NCBI GenBank assembly: GCA_964016885.1
Contig: OZ024744.1
Location: forward strand, 53,506,001-53,570,000
Length of the DNA: 64,000 bases
Direction of reading: 5' to 3'
DNA from: Eledone cirrhosa
Lineage: Eukaryota
The position numbers were made by a program, and so were the translations under genes. Within the stretch, counting starts at the first letter, position 1. Each line of letters begins with the position of its first letter. The notes beneath the pieces were generated by a model. It did no database searches. It had not been told where the DNA came from and saw only the letters and a program-made list of their open reading frames with translations. Positions 26,920-39,038 of this stretch are shown here, in pieces.

Positions 26920-26954
26920 ATATGTACGTGTATGTGTGTTTTCATGTACGTATA

Positions 26955-26988
<34 letters not shown>

Positions 26989-27174
26989 AATACACACGTA
27001 CATACACACACATTTATTACGAGAAACATATACTAATGGTTAAGAGTGAGGGAGAGAGAAACTGGAGGGGGGGGGGGTCGAGAGAAATAGATAAAGAGAA
27101 GAGAATGTTAAAAATAGAGAGACAGACATTTAGATATATAGATAGATTGAAAAGTAATGGGTATACAGACAGAT

Positions 27175-27207
<33 letters not shown>

Positions 27208-27211
<4 letters not shown>

Positions 27212-28340
27212 AAAACTCAATTACATTCACAAGGACTCATGCTACCCTCCCACTGTTTTTAGAAACTTCGTAAATAATATCAGTACTAGAATGTCAAACC
27301 TCTCCTCTAATAAGGCTATCTTTGACAGAGCGGCGTTAGCTAACAGCGGCTTCTCGCAACCTATCCCTTACTCTCCCACTAACTACAACAGCAATAACAA
27401 AAGAAAGCGTAACAATAGACACACTGTCTGGTTCTCGCCCCCCCCCCTTTTTTACTCAACGTTAAAACCAATGTAGGCAAACAATTTCTAGCTCTCTTAG
27501 ATAGACACTTTCCCATAGGTCATAAATACCGCTCCATCTTTAACCTACGCAAAGTAAAACTAGGATACTCCTGCTCTAAGAACATGAAGGCCCACATCAC
27601 CAACAACCCTAAGAGCAACACCCCATCAGGGTGCTCATGCCGTAAGCCCGAAGCTTGTCCTCTTCAACAGCAATGCAACACACCCGCTGTAGTTTATGAA
27701 GCTGTGGTCACCTCCAACCGACCAAATCAACCTCAGGAGGCCAAATTAGAGGGTTTGGCGGAGGGCCGATTTAAGGAACACTTCCTGAACCACCAATCGA
27801 CCTTTAGGTACCCGGAGAGACGTTCATCCACGAAACTCGCGAGCTACGTATGGTCCTTCAAGGACTCAAGTATACGCAAGGGGAACTCCGTCGTGTGGAC
27901 TATGTATTGATGAACCAATAAACATTCTAAAGAGATTACGCAATAGCGATTGCCTAAACTCAAGATATGAATTTTTTACACGTTGTGCACACGTCTGGAA
28001 ACACCTCTTACATAACTACAAAGCTCCGGATTGAATTACAACAACATCCTAATTTTCTTATCAACTAGAAACTTTCGGACTTTCGCAGTTATCTCCCTTA
28101 CACCTCTCGCACGCAATTTAGTATTGCTTGAACGAAGTGACCGTTTCTGCGCATGCGCGTTCGTACGGCAGTCCTGCCTGCTCCGTATAACTATGTCCAC
28201 TACGAGCTGAGGATCCGCTAAGGTGAAACAATTATTCTCAGTATGGTGAACTAACTGTTGTGTTACCACTTCTACCTAACTCGTCCCATGGACTGAGTGC
28301 TCTACCACTACGGATATTACCTTCCAGTGTTCTACCACTT
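27208..28340 (+). mobile_element. Penelope-like element 3' half (RT thumb, Cys linker, GIY-YIG, pLTR with hammerhead), in (TA)n
   Basis: LNYIHKDSCYPP..RMSNLSSN..VWFSPP; CSCRKPEACPLQQQC..VVYEAVV..GLAEGRFKEHFLNH..STKLASYVW; hammerhead 28204-28239 gag-CTGAGGA-tcc gctaa ggt-GAAA-caatta-TT-ctc. Confidence 0.85.
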
Positions 28341-28476
28341 TATATATATATATATATATCAAAGGTATATATTGAGTTAGGAACTCAAAATAGTCTCTTA
28401 CAACACGATAGCTCCAAGAAAGAGATATTTCCGAGCCGTATATTATATATCTGTGTTCGTTGTTCTTTTATATTCT

Positions 28477-28534
<58 letters not shown>

Positions 28535-28910
28535 GGCGTGGGGGTAAAAAGTAAGAGCCAGTCAGACAGACATATAGAAAGGGAAGGAGAAAAAATATTG
28601 ACACTTAGAGACATACAGACAGTCAGCCACGTAGAGAGAGGTTGAAGAGAGAGAGAGAGGGCGATGGAGAGTCGTAGTTGTGAACACCATGACCAAAATT
28701 GTTACATCGGTCATACAAGCAATATACTCTCCTCTTGGTTAACTGTGCAGTTGCAAGAAGCTACCATAGAGTACATGCAAAAAGAAGAAAGAAACAATAG
28801 ATATGACTACATTTATTGATAAAACTATTTGTCTATTGAGAATATCACACAAATCGAAGCGAACAATTATGGAGATTTTATTATTATCAAAACATAAAGC
28901 AAAAATTAAT

Positions 28911-29099
28911 TGTTTCTACTTTTGGAACAAGGCCAGCAATTATTCTAGTGCATTACTGGTAATTTATTTTATCGACCCCGTAAGGATGAAAGGTAAAGTT
29001 AACCTCGGTGGGATTTGAACTCAGATCATAAAGGGACGTAACTCTAAGCTGGAAAGAATGGCACCCGACCCTCTATTGACACTACCAATTCACCGCTCA
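28911..29099 (-). mobile_element. tRNA-derived SINE with 17-bp TSD
   Basis: TSD ATAAAGCAAAAATTAAT at 28894-28910 and 29100-29116. Confidence 0.9.
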
Positions 29100-29279
29100 A
29101 TAAAGCAAAAATTAATACACAGATACAACATATGTGAAACCAATTATAATAACTGCCATGCTTCAATGCATCAACTGTTGATAAATTTTAAACCAGGTGA
29201 TCATAATTTCTTTCCACTCCCATGATCATGTTCGGCTACTACTAATCATGTGACCAACACCCAACTAATAGAATCATTC

Positions 29280-29322
29280 GTATTCAGAGGATGGGGCTTT
29301 GAAGTATCCGAAACGTTAATAC
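29280..29322 (+). ncRNA. Degenerate hammerhead-like motif
   Basis: gtatt-CAGAGGA-tgg..tcc-GAAA-cg-TT-aatac; core U4>A, palindromic AACGTT stem III. Confidence 0.4.
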
Positions 29323-30469
29323 ACACATGGGTTTAGGAGCGATATTGTTCCAAATTAAGCATAAAGATCTAATAAAAAAATACGTAAAATCCTTAATAAA
29401 AATTACCAAACTGAAACACAATCGTTTTTTCAATGACCGTTTTTTGGCTGTCATCGTTCACATTTTTTGAATTACTAGATTTGTTTTCAACAAGCTGACG
29501 CGTATGTGTGTGCGTGACTATATGTGAATATGCATACATTCATATGTATGAGTATATAAATATAAACATGCAAACACGCACACACAAATATACACATTTA
29601 CAGACATACACCCATACAAATACACATACATTCACACACAGACATACATTTATGCACTCACACCACGGCATAGCAAATGGAACGCCAGCCACTGTTTTGC
29701 TATAGTATTTTCGCCATCCCCTTCCTTCCTTTTACCCACACACACATTGTTTGATGGATGGAAGTCGCTCAAATTTATATATATATTTTTATAAGATCCT
29801 AGCCGCGCCCGTCATTCTTTCTCTTTGCTTGTGGTGTCTGTCTCTTTAGCACTAACGTCCAAACTGTCTCCTTCACAAATGAGAAATGCACATAGTGCAT
29901 ACTAACGTCATTTCTTATATAAGTGTGCATGCGCAACCTTCAACATTTCCAGAAATATATATATATATATATATTAAAATAACAGTTTAAAGTTTAAGCA
30001 AAGAATCGTTGCTTTCACCCTTAACGGGATCTTCTGAAACTAAAATAATCAATCTGTGAACGCAGAAGTAAATATTTCGTAAAACGTTGCAACCGAAAGA
30101 GAACAGGAAGACGATACTTTGGTTCGTGAAGACCTTCCCTGGAAATTGAAATTTCGGGAAAATCGGCTAGACGTAACGCCTCAAAAAAGCCATAAAAAGC
30201 TGAAAAAATGAAGTTTTTCACCTAATGCGGGCCCTAAGCCATAAAAAACTAGGTTTTTCTTTGCTCACGGTAGAGACTGACTAATACATAGTTACAATTT
30301 CAAGGAAATCGGTCTGACGTAACGCCTCAAGAAAACCCTAAAAAGCTGAAAAAATGAAGTTTTTCACTTAATGCGGGGATCAAAAAGTTGAAATTTTTAA
30401 TGTGTATCACACTCCCTGAAACATAATACACATGTAAAGTTTGAAAAAAATCGGTTAGGTACTTCTCGG

Positions 30470-30560
<91 letters not shown>

Positions 30561-30574
30561 CAACAACAAAAACA

Positions 30575-33100
30575 TACGAAATTTGTGAGGGTACTCTTGC
30601 GATTGTGATAAGAAAACCCCAAGATAAGAAAACACCAGGAAGAGACATGATTGTCGGTTACTGGTACAAAAAACTGATATTCTATCGGAGGTATCTGACT
30701 GACCTCTACCAACAAGTTCTTAAGGGAGATACACTTATACTAGAATGGTTGACATTAGCACAAACATTACTGATACCCAAGAACAAAGACACCCACTTGG
30801 CAAAAAACTACCGACCCATTGCATGCCAGAACCTGATGTATCAGACGTATACAGCCTGCCTGAACATATTCCTCCAAGATCACTGTGAAAATAATAACAT
30901 AATCACAGATCAACAAGCAGCTGGAAAGAAAGAGGTTTGGGTATGTGCTGAACAACTCCTAATCAACAAAACTGCGATGTCGAAGGTGCGACAACTTAGG
31001 AGGAATATGGCTACAGTCTGGCTGGACTACAGGAAAGCTTTCGATTCTGTTCCCCACTATTGGATGATAGAGGCCCTCCAATTTGCTAAAGTCCTAGCCT
31101 ATATGATCAGAGCCATAGAGAAGCTGTTTTCTTCTTGGGCAACTATCCTAAAGTTAAAAACAGAGAAGGAGGACTCTATTTTCACTGATAAAATAGAATA
31201 CCACAGGGGTACATTTCAAGGAGACAGTTTCTCTATGATATTATTCATCCTGTCATTAAACCCCTTGTCCTTTCTGCTCAAGAAATGTGAAGGATACACC
31301 ATTGGCACAGAGGAGGACAGAAATACGAACATAAACCATAATTTCTTTGTGGTCGATCTAAAACTCTATTCCACGAACATGGATGGGATGAAGAAAAATC
31401 TTGACCTGGTTACAACGTTCTCAAGCGATATAGGAATGTAGTTTGGCCAAGATAAATGCTCATACATGACTGTAAAGCGGGGAAAAACAACAACCCAATC
31501 TAGCAACATTGTCATCAATGGTCTAACTGTTTCACCGATATCTGATGAGGACTGCTACAGATACCTGGGGATAGATGAGAACATATCCTATAATGGTATC
31601 TGTAATAAGGAACGCGTAACCAGGGAATACTACACCCGATTAAGAAAGATCTGGTCATCAGAACTCTCTGCGCAAAACAAAACAGTGGCTCACAATGTGT
31701 TTGCTGTGCCTGTCCTAACACCAACGTTTGGAATACTCAATTGGACGATAGACTAAATCCGAGCAGTTGATGTTGGAACTCGAAAAATACTAAACAACAC
31801 CGGAAACTTCCACATCAACTGTGACATAGACCCCCTTTACTTGAAACGTAAGCAGGGAGGCAGAGGCCTGACTTCAGTCCAGACAACATCTACGAACCTC
31901 GAAGCGTAGGAGCTCGTTTCTCGAGCAAGTCTATCTGCATGAAACAGATAAGACCATGAGAGTTGGAAAGGAACTCCTTGAGAGATATTCCCAGTGTGAT
32001 AATCAAAAACTCACACCCAGGGAAGTCGCTCAGCAATATCGCAGTGAATCCATGGATGAAAAATTGCATGCTTATCAGCAAAAAATCATGCATGGATATG
32101 TTTCCAGGAAGCACTAGAGTGAGAGTAATATAGATAAGGAAAGTAGTGTAACTTGGACCAACAACCGCTATATTGGCTCCCCCTATGAAGGATACGCTTT
32201 TGCAATCCAAGAACAGGAGATTAACATGAAATACCTGATTCACAAAATGGATAGGCATGCAGGCAAAATACCTAGATGTGATAACAAGTGCAGACTCTGC
32301 AGAACTAACATCGAGTATATCACCCATGTCATCAGCAGCTGTCCAAAGATGTCATCGCGGTACTATCCCACCTATAAGGCATGATGTAGTGGCCAAAACA
32401 CAGTTCGTAAAAAAGATAGCCCCGATAATAAACACATTAAAAGCTACAGCAATGTGGAAGACATCCATGTACATGATATGAAAGAGTACTGGTGGAATGT
32501 TCCAGTAAAAACCCCAATAAAATGCAGGCATAACAGACCAGATATTATGATATGGGACAGGGAGAAGAAAGCATGTACAGTAGTGGAAATTAGCTGCCCA
32601 GCAGATGCCAATATAATATCAAAGATTAGTGAAAAGGAGAATATTTATGCAGAACTGATGAGAAATCTGCAGATTCTCCACCCTGATTACACCTTCAGAT
32701 TTATGCCTGTGATTATTGGGGCACTGGGGTATGTTAGTAACTGCCTCAATACAAATCTTGAGAAGCTAGGCTTCACAGGAACAGAAAGAACACAACTAGT
32801 TAGGAAATTACAAGTACAATCCATTAATGGAACAGTAAAAATATGTAAAACATTCCAAAAATGTTGCATCTAATAAATGCATATACACATGTACAGATAC
32901 AAAGCATATACACATGCACACATACAACTCAAAACATACACATCCACACATACAATAACATCCATATCTACACATGCATGCATACATACATATCTACCTA
33001 GTTGATGTTGTATAAATCCAATGAGAGAGTCTTGTGTCTATGTTAGAAACCGACTCTCTCTCTTTTGGTAACGATTTATGAAATTATAAAACCAGAAGAA
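30575..33100 (+). mobile_element. R4/Dong-type RLE LINE (family A), 5'-truncated, with stops and frameshifts
   Basis: RT: NYRPIAC, WLDYRKAFDSVPH, RGTFQGDSFS, HNFFVVDLKLY. RLE: HNRPDIMIWD..VVEISCP..EKENIY..PVIIGALG (32454-32873). Confidence 0.9.
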
Positions 33101-33126
33101 CCTACATACATACTTCCTCAGTTTTT

Positions 33127-33551
33127 GGAAAAAATTTGTGAAATTATAAAACCAGAAGAACATACATACACACATCTTGAGAATTATAAAACCAGAAGAA
33201 CTTACACACAAATCTTGAGAAGCTGGACTTCACAGGAACAGAAAGAACACAACTAGTTAGGAAATTACAAGTACAATCCATTAATGGAACAGTAAAAATA
33301 TATAAAACATTCCAAAAATGTTGCATCTAATAACTGCATATATACACATGTACAAATACTAAGCATATACACATGCACACATACAACTCAAACATACACA
33401 TCCACACATACAATAACATTCATATCTACACATGCATACATATCTACCTAGTTGATGTTGTGTAAATTCCAATGAAAGAGTCTTGTAACTATGTTAGAAA
33501 TCGACTCTCTCTCTTTTGGTAACGATTTATGAAATTATAAAACCAGAAGAA
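33127..33551 (+). mobile_element. Reiterated 3' ends of the family A R4-like LINE (two ~20-40-nt stubs and one ~345-bp copy)
   Basis: GAAATTATAAAACCAGAAGAA at 33080, 33140, 33181 and 33531; 33207-33551 duplicates 32752-33100. Confidence 0.9.
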
Positions 33552-34209
33552 CCTACATACATACTTCCTCAGTTTTTTTATATATACATATATAGATTAA
33601 AATAACAGATTAAAGTTTAAGCAAAGTATCGTTGCTTTCACCCTTAACGGGATATTCTGAAACTAAAAACATCAATCTGTGAACGCAGAAGTAAATATTT
33701 TGAAAAACGTTACAACCGAAAGAAAACCGGAAGACGATACTTTGGTTCGTGAAGACGTTCCCTGGCAATGAACGGAAAATAGCGAACATAATACGTCCTC
33801 AATGTCAGAATGTCGTAATGCAGACAGCCAGGCACACAGACCGATATTATAAGGGCTCTACGGAGATGGATAATCGGAGCCTAACACCCCATTAACACAG
33901 AAAATTGAAAAATAAAAGCTGCATTTAATATCTTTAGACCGCAAGGAATATATAAATGCAAGTTTGAAGTCAATCAGAGTAGAAAGGTGGATTCGTATAG
34001 ACTTTGCAAAAATGAGGACAACAACAGTTTTATATATATAGATATATATGTGTGTGTGTGTGTGTGTATGTGTGTGTGTTGCAAAGTTTTGTGCATGCAA
34101 TTCAGGCAGTTTTCAGCTGCATAAACTCTCTGAACACTGCCCGAATTGCATGCACAAAAACTTTACATTATACAAATATTACGAACAAGTCTTGCCACCA
34201 GAACGATAG

Positions 34210-34240
<31 letters not shown>

Positions 34241-34243
<3 letters not shown>

Positions 34244-34641
34244 GTATGTATAGTATATTTGGCAATATACACCGTATGTTTAATTAAACACATTTAGAAG
34301 ACCATAAGTTATCAGTTTTAAAGTGGTGACTATGTCACTTGCTTCTTTTCGGCGAAAGAAGGGAGAGAAGCTGACACTCTTTCACGATGGTTGGCGTTCA
34401 TCAGAGCCACGTACGGCTTTCTGAGTACGTGGAGTATGTGGCTCTGATAAATGCCAGCCAGCGAGAAACAGACTGTCAGCTTCTCACCCTTCTTTCGCCG
34501 AAAAGAAGTAAGTGACATAGTCACTACTTTAAAACTGATAACGTATGGTCTTCTAAATGTTTTTAATTAAACATACGGTGTATATTGCCAAATATACTAT
34601 ACATCCATTCATGTATACATCGCTATTTCAGAGCACCAATA

Positions 34642-34643
<2 letters not shown>
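34241..34643. mobile_element. (TA)n-flanked fold-back element: ~175-bp inverted arms, 19-nt spacer, ~35-nt tail; PLE pLTR derivative
   Basis: Arms 34241-34414 and 34434-34609; hammerhead in each arm. Confidence 0.85.
34369..34408 (-). ncRNA. Type I hammerhead motif (mirror copy on the plus strand at 34440-34481)
   Basis: Minus: ggct-CTGATGA-acg ccaaccat cgt-GAAA-gagtg-TC-agct. Plus: ggct-CTGATAA-atgc cagcca gcga-GAAA-cagactg-TC-agct. Confidence 0.75.
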
Positions 34644-34727
<84 letters not shown>

Positions 34728-34744
34728 GGGGGGGGGGGGGGGAA

Positions 34745-35232
34745 ATGCTTCGTAATAAGGGAAAGAAAGATCTTAGCTAATGGTGTGGCCACCTCCATGT
34801 TATATGGTGAGTTATACCAGCAAATGCGACAGGATCTAATTTCTTCTAGGTCTATTTTCGTACTCTGTATATGCTACCTTATCGACAAATCCACTAAAAG
34901 CTTCAACCTCTCTATACAGGTTGAGGCCAATCTCTCGGTCGTTAATTACCTCGACGTTACCCTCAACTTATTGAATGGGTTGTATTACCCGTATAGAAAG
35001 CCGAATGATACACTTAATTACATTAGTAAGCATTCCAACCATCCTGCCAACATAACCAAGAACCTGGTAAGAAACGTTTCGTTGAGGCTCTCCCGTCTTT
35101 CCACCAACGAGCGTATTTTCAACGACCATTCCACTTATTACAATGAAGCTCTTGCTCGAAGTGGATTTGTCGATAAGGTAGCATATACAGTGTACGAAAA
35201 TAGACCTAGAAGAAATAGATCCCGTCGCATTT
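34745..35232 (+). mobile_element. Penelope-like RT fragment
   Basis: VVNYLDVTLNL..YYPYRKPND.LNYISKHSNHP..SLRLSRLS..YYNEALARSGF; related to the 27208 element. Confidence 0.85.
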
Positions 35233-35252
35233 GTGTGTATATATATATATAA

Positions 35253-35286
<34 letters not shown>

Positions 35287-35667
35287 TTTATAGTACTGTC
35301 TCAACCTATATATGATCAAAGATGTTTTATGTGTGACCATCTCGTCTTATATATTTGTTTGTCTCGCATATTTCATCTACAAAGGCATTAACCAAGTTTA
35401 CTTGGTTAATCATGAATGATTTGGTTGTTATTTTTAGCAGGACAAGAGGCGAAGCAGGGCCTCACCCATTGATTGTGGTTGTTGTTATTGTTGTTTAATG
35501 GCAAATTGGAACAGATTAAACATAGCTGTATTGAAATACTTTGCAACTGTGACTATCCCATCGTTTGTTCCGACATTGTGTACCTAGGACTACATTGTCG
35601 AAAGTTTCCTTCCTTGAAGTTGTTGTTACCCAAGTCAGCCCTGCTCAAGCAAATATATGATGAAATG

Positions 35668-36010
35668 TAGTAGTGGTGGTGGTAGTGGTGGTGGTGGTGG
35701 TTGTAGTAGTAGTAATATCGGTAGCAGTAGGAGGTGGAGGAGAAGGAGCGGCGGCAGCAGTATAGCAGTAGCAGCAGCAGTAGTAGTAGTAGTAGTAGCA
35801 GCAGCAGCAGAAGCAGGGGCAGCAGTAGTATAGGTGGTCGTGGTGGCAGTAGTAGTAGTAGTAGTAGTAGTATCAGCAGCAGCAGTAGTAGTAGGGGCGG
35901 TAGTGGTGGTGGCAATAGTAATAGTAGTAGTAGCAAAAACAATAATAGTAGAGGTGGTAGTGCTGGTGGTAGTAGTAATTGTAGTGGTAGAAGCAGCAGC
36001 AGCAGTAGAT
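35668..36010. repeat. (TAG/CAG/TGG)n low complexity
   Basis: Direct. Confidence 0.9.
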
Positions 36011-36383
36011 TATATATAAACCAATATCTTACAATAGAATTCTTCCCCATAACCTCGTTCTAAACACCAACCAGGTGTTCTCTATTGAGTGGAGACTACC
36101 AGTCAAAACCGGAAGTGGCTAGAGGCTGCTGATGGTAGTGGTAGTGGTAGAGTGCTACTGCCACCACCACTACTGCTAGTGGCTAACTTCCTATTCCCCG
36201 CATACTAAACAAATGCCAGTGTGTTGTGTTGTTAATTATGAAGATTCTAATTATTTGAAATCTTTATTATTATTTTCCAAGCGTCTATCACCCCTCCGGG
36301 CTGTAAACACGCGCGCACACTGCACACGCACGCAGCACATCTGCATACACGCGCACACACACACACACTCGCATGCACAAAGA

Positions 36384-36430
<47 letters not shown>

Positions 36431-36583
36431 CATAGTGTAGTGTTGGCGGTGAGGTGATGGTAGAAGGCAGTCGCCATTTAAACACTTGTGTTTTGAGACG
36501 TTAACAGCCAACAGTGAACCCACTCTAGCTGTGCTGTTACATCTCATACAAACAACATAGAACGCTGTCGGAAGCAATTATTA

Positions 36584-36960
36584 TTGACACCAACACCAAC
36601 TCCTCCACCAATACCACCAAAACTAACACCAACACCAACACCAACACCTCCACCAACACCACCATCAACACCATCACCACCAAAACTAACACCAACATCA
36701 ACACCAACACCAACACCTCCACCTCCACCACCATCAACACCATCACCACCAAAACTAACACCAACACCACCACTACTAAAACTAAAAGCAATACTAACAC
36801 CAATAGTAACACCACCAACACCCTCACCAACACCAACATCACGGCAATCACTTCCAGCAACATCAATACCAATACCAACATCAACACTAACACCACCATC
36901 AGCAATATTACCAACACTTCCAACACACCAACACCACCAACAACACCAGCACCACCACGG
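36584..36960. repeat. (ACACCA/ACC)n low complexity
   Basis: Direct. Confidence 0.9.
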
Positions 36961-37998
36961 CCACTCTGACCACTAAAGCATATGTTTCTCCCTATTGTCC
37001 TCCACCTGCTTTGAGTATGCATACGTGCATACTCAAAGCAGGCCCTTTTACTGGGACCCTGCTCGCCACTTTCATCTAATCTTCAATAAATTTGCTTGAA
37101 GGCAGCAGTTCCCTCCCCACATTGATTTTCCCTTTCAAGTGAAACTTTAAAAGGTATTTGAACTGAGAACCTAATGACCCGGAACAAATACTGCAAAGTA
37201 TTTTGTCCGTGACTCTATCAATGTTGCCAACATAAACAAATGCTAAACATAGCAGCCGATTTCCCGCAACTCTTCCAATTCCATCAGAAAATAAATGAAG
37301 TTCTAAGTTATCGTTAAACATGTCAGTAATAGTACCCAAATGACCATTATATCACTCATAAACATACATATATAAGTTTATGAATAATAAAAATACATGT
37401 CTGTTGATTACTACTAACCAATCAATCTTACATTATAAGTAAAAGAGTTCATAAAACGGATTTATCTACAAAATATGGAAATTTATGAACTTCAATAACT
37501 CACTATACCGGAGTAATAAGTATTACTGATGAATGACAATAATCATAAAATACAGGAATCACAGCTCTCTCTGTCGCAAATCCAGGTAGAAGGAGCAACA
37601 TGAAATAAAGGGTCTTGGTCAAGGACATAACGCATCACCCGGTCTAAGATTGCAAACAAAAGAAATAGTGCTCAGTACCAATGTAGATAATATTGTATAT
37701 TTTAATTATATTACTGAGTTTACCATCCGCTATTACTCTGAGTTTCACGTGTTCCGGCCGATCAAGGAAATGGAAATAATTTTACATGACAGTATAGACG
37801 GCAAATATAATTGGTGTGGTTAATAAAATGAACTAGAAGGAATTGATATTTATTTAAAGTGCTTTTTACCAAATGATTGTATAAATATGGAAATGAATAT
37901 TAACTATATTCATACAACCAATTTCACACTCACACAGATTCACACACCGGCACAAAAACTACACTCATACACAACAACACACATACATACATCTGTGC

Positions 37999-38054
<56 letters not shown>

Positions 38055-38191
38055 CATATAGCCATGGTAAGGAATATATATAAATATATATATATATCAC
38101 ATAGCCATAATAAGGAATATATATATATATATATATATATAGCAAATGAAGCAACGGAGTAAAGGACCTGCGTCGTTCCCTCTAATATAAT

Positions 38192-38373
38192 TGTTTCTAT
38201 GTTTGGCACAAGGCCAGCAAATTACTCAGTGCATTACTGGTACTTTATTTTATCGACACCGTAAGGATGAAAGGCAAAGTCAACCTCGGCGGGATTTGAA
38301 CTCAGAATGGCAAGGGCCGTAACTCTATATGTCAAAGCATGGCGGCCGACCCTCTACCAATACTGCCAATCCA
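38192..38373 (-). mobile_element. tRNA-derived SINE with 14-bp TSD
   Basis: TSD CCCTCTAATATAAT at 38178-38191 and 38374-38387. Confidence 0.9.
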
Positions 38374-38989
38374 CCCTCTAATATAATGAGCTGAAGGAAA
38401 ATTACCCGGGCTCTTCAAAATATATAGGAGAGAATACATGAAAAGAACATGCTTTTTCATTACAGGGTATTTTCACCACTAGAGTGAAAGACATATAAAC
38501 TGTGTAAGGTACGAGAAATACATTATAATAAAACAGATTAATAAATTTAAAAGAGTACCTCAATAACTATTACACCTGTACAGTCCCATGGTGGGATTGT
38601 TTCAGTACTCCGCCACAAAGATCACATTAACCATAGTTCCTCAGCAGGTGTTTTCAGAATATGTGACTTGCGCGTCTAATGTTAAGGTAGGAACTAGTCT
38701 TCAGCACGTGGTAAAAGTAATACGTGCTTATAACTGTATCTGATGGTCTGAATGGTGAAGTAAAACTGCTAGATAGTGCAGCATATGACCATTCAAATTA
38801 AATTTTGCTCGACCAGCTAATATATCAAATGAAGCAACGGTGTGAAGGACTCGATTCTGTCATTGCAACAGCAGAGGTCCGACGAGCCTTTGATTCCAGA
38901 GTCGGGCCAGATCGATAGAGATCGAACCTTGGGCTGATCAATAGCGCATCACTATTCAATAAACGTAATGAAGACATAACAAATCGTCA

Positions 38990-39038
<49 letters not shown>

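Larger units (their letters stand above)
29797..33596 (-). mobile_element. Putative composite non-autonomous Helitron interrupted by an R4-like LINE in its internal (CA)n/(CATA)n tract
   Basis: Minus-strand start TCTATATA..AAAAAAACTGAGGAAG(TATG)n near 33596; AAATTTC..GAAATCGGT motifs at 30150-30460; GC-rich ...GACGGGCGCGGCTAG end at ~29797. Confidence 0.45.

Noticed and set aside
37076-37339. 87-aa ORF as a host exon
   Set aside because: Overlaps a degenerate SINE (~37115-37230) and has no recognisable domain.
37520-37560. CTGATGA-atga..tcat-AAAA
   Set aside because: GAAA is mutated and there is no stem I partner; compatible with chance in AT-rich DNA.
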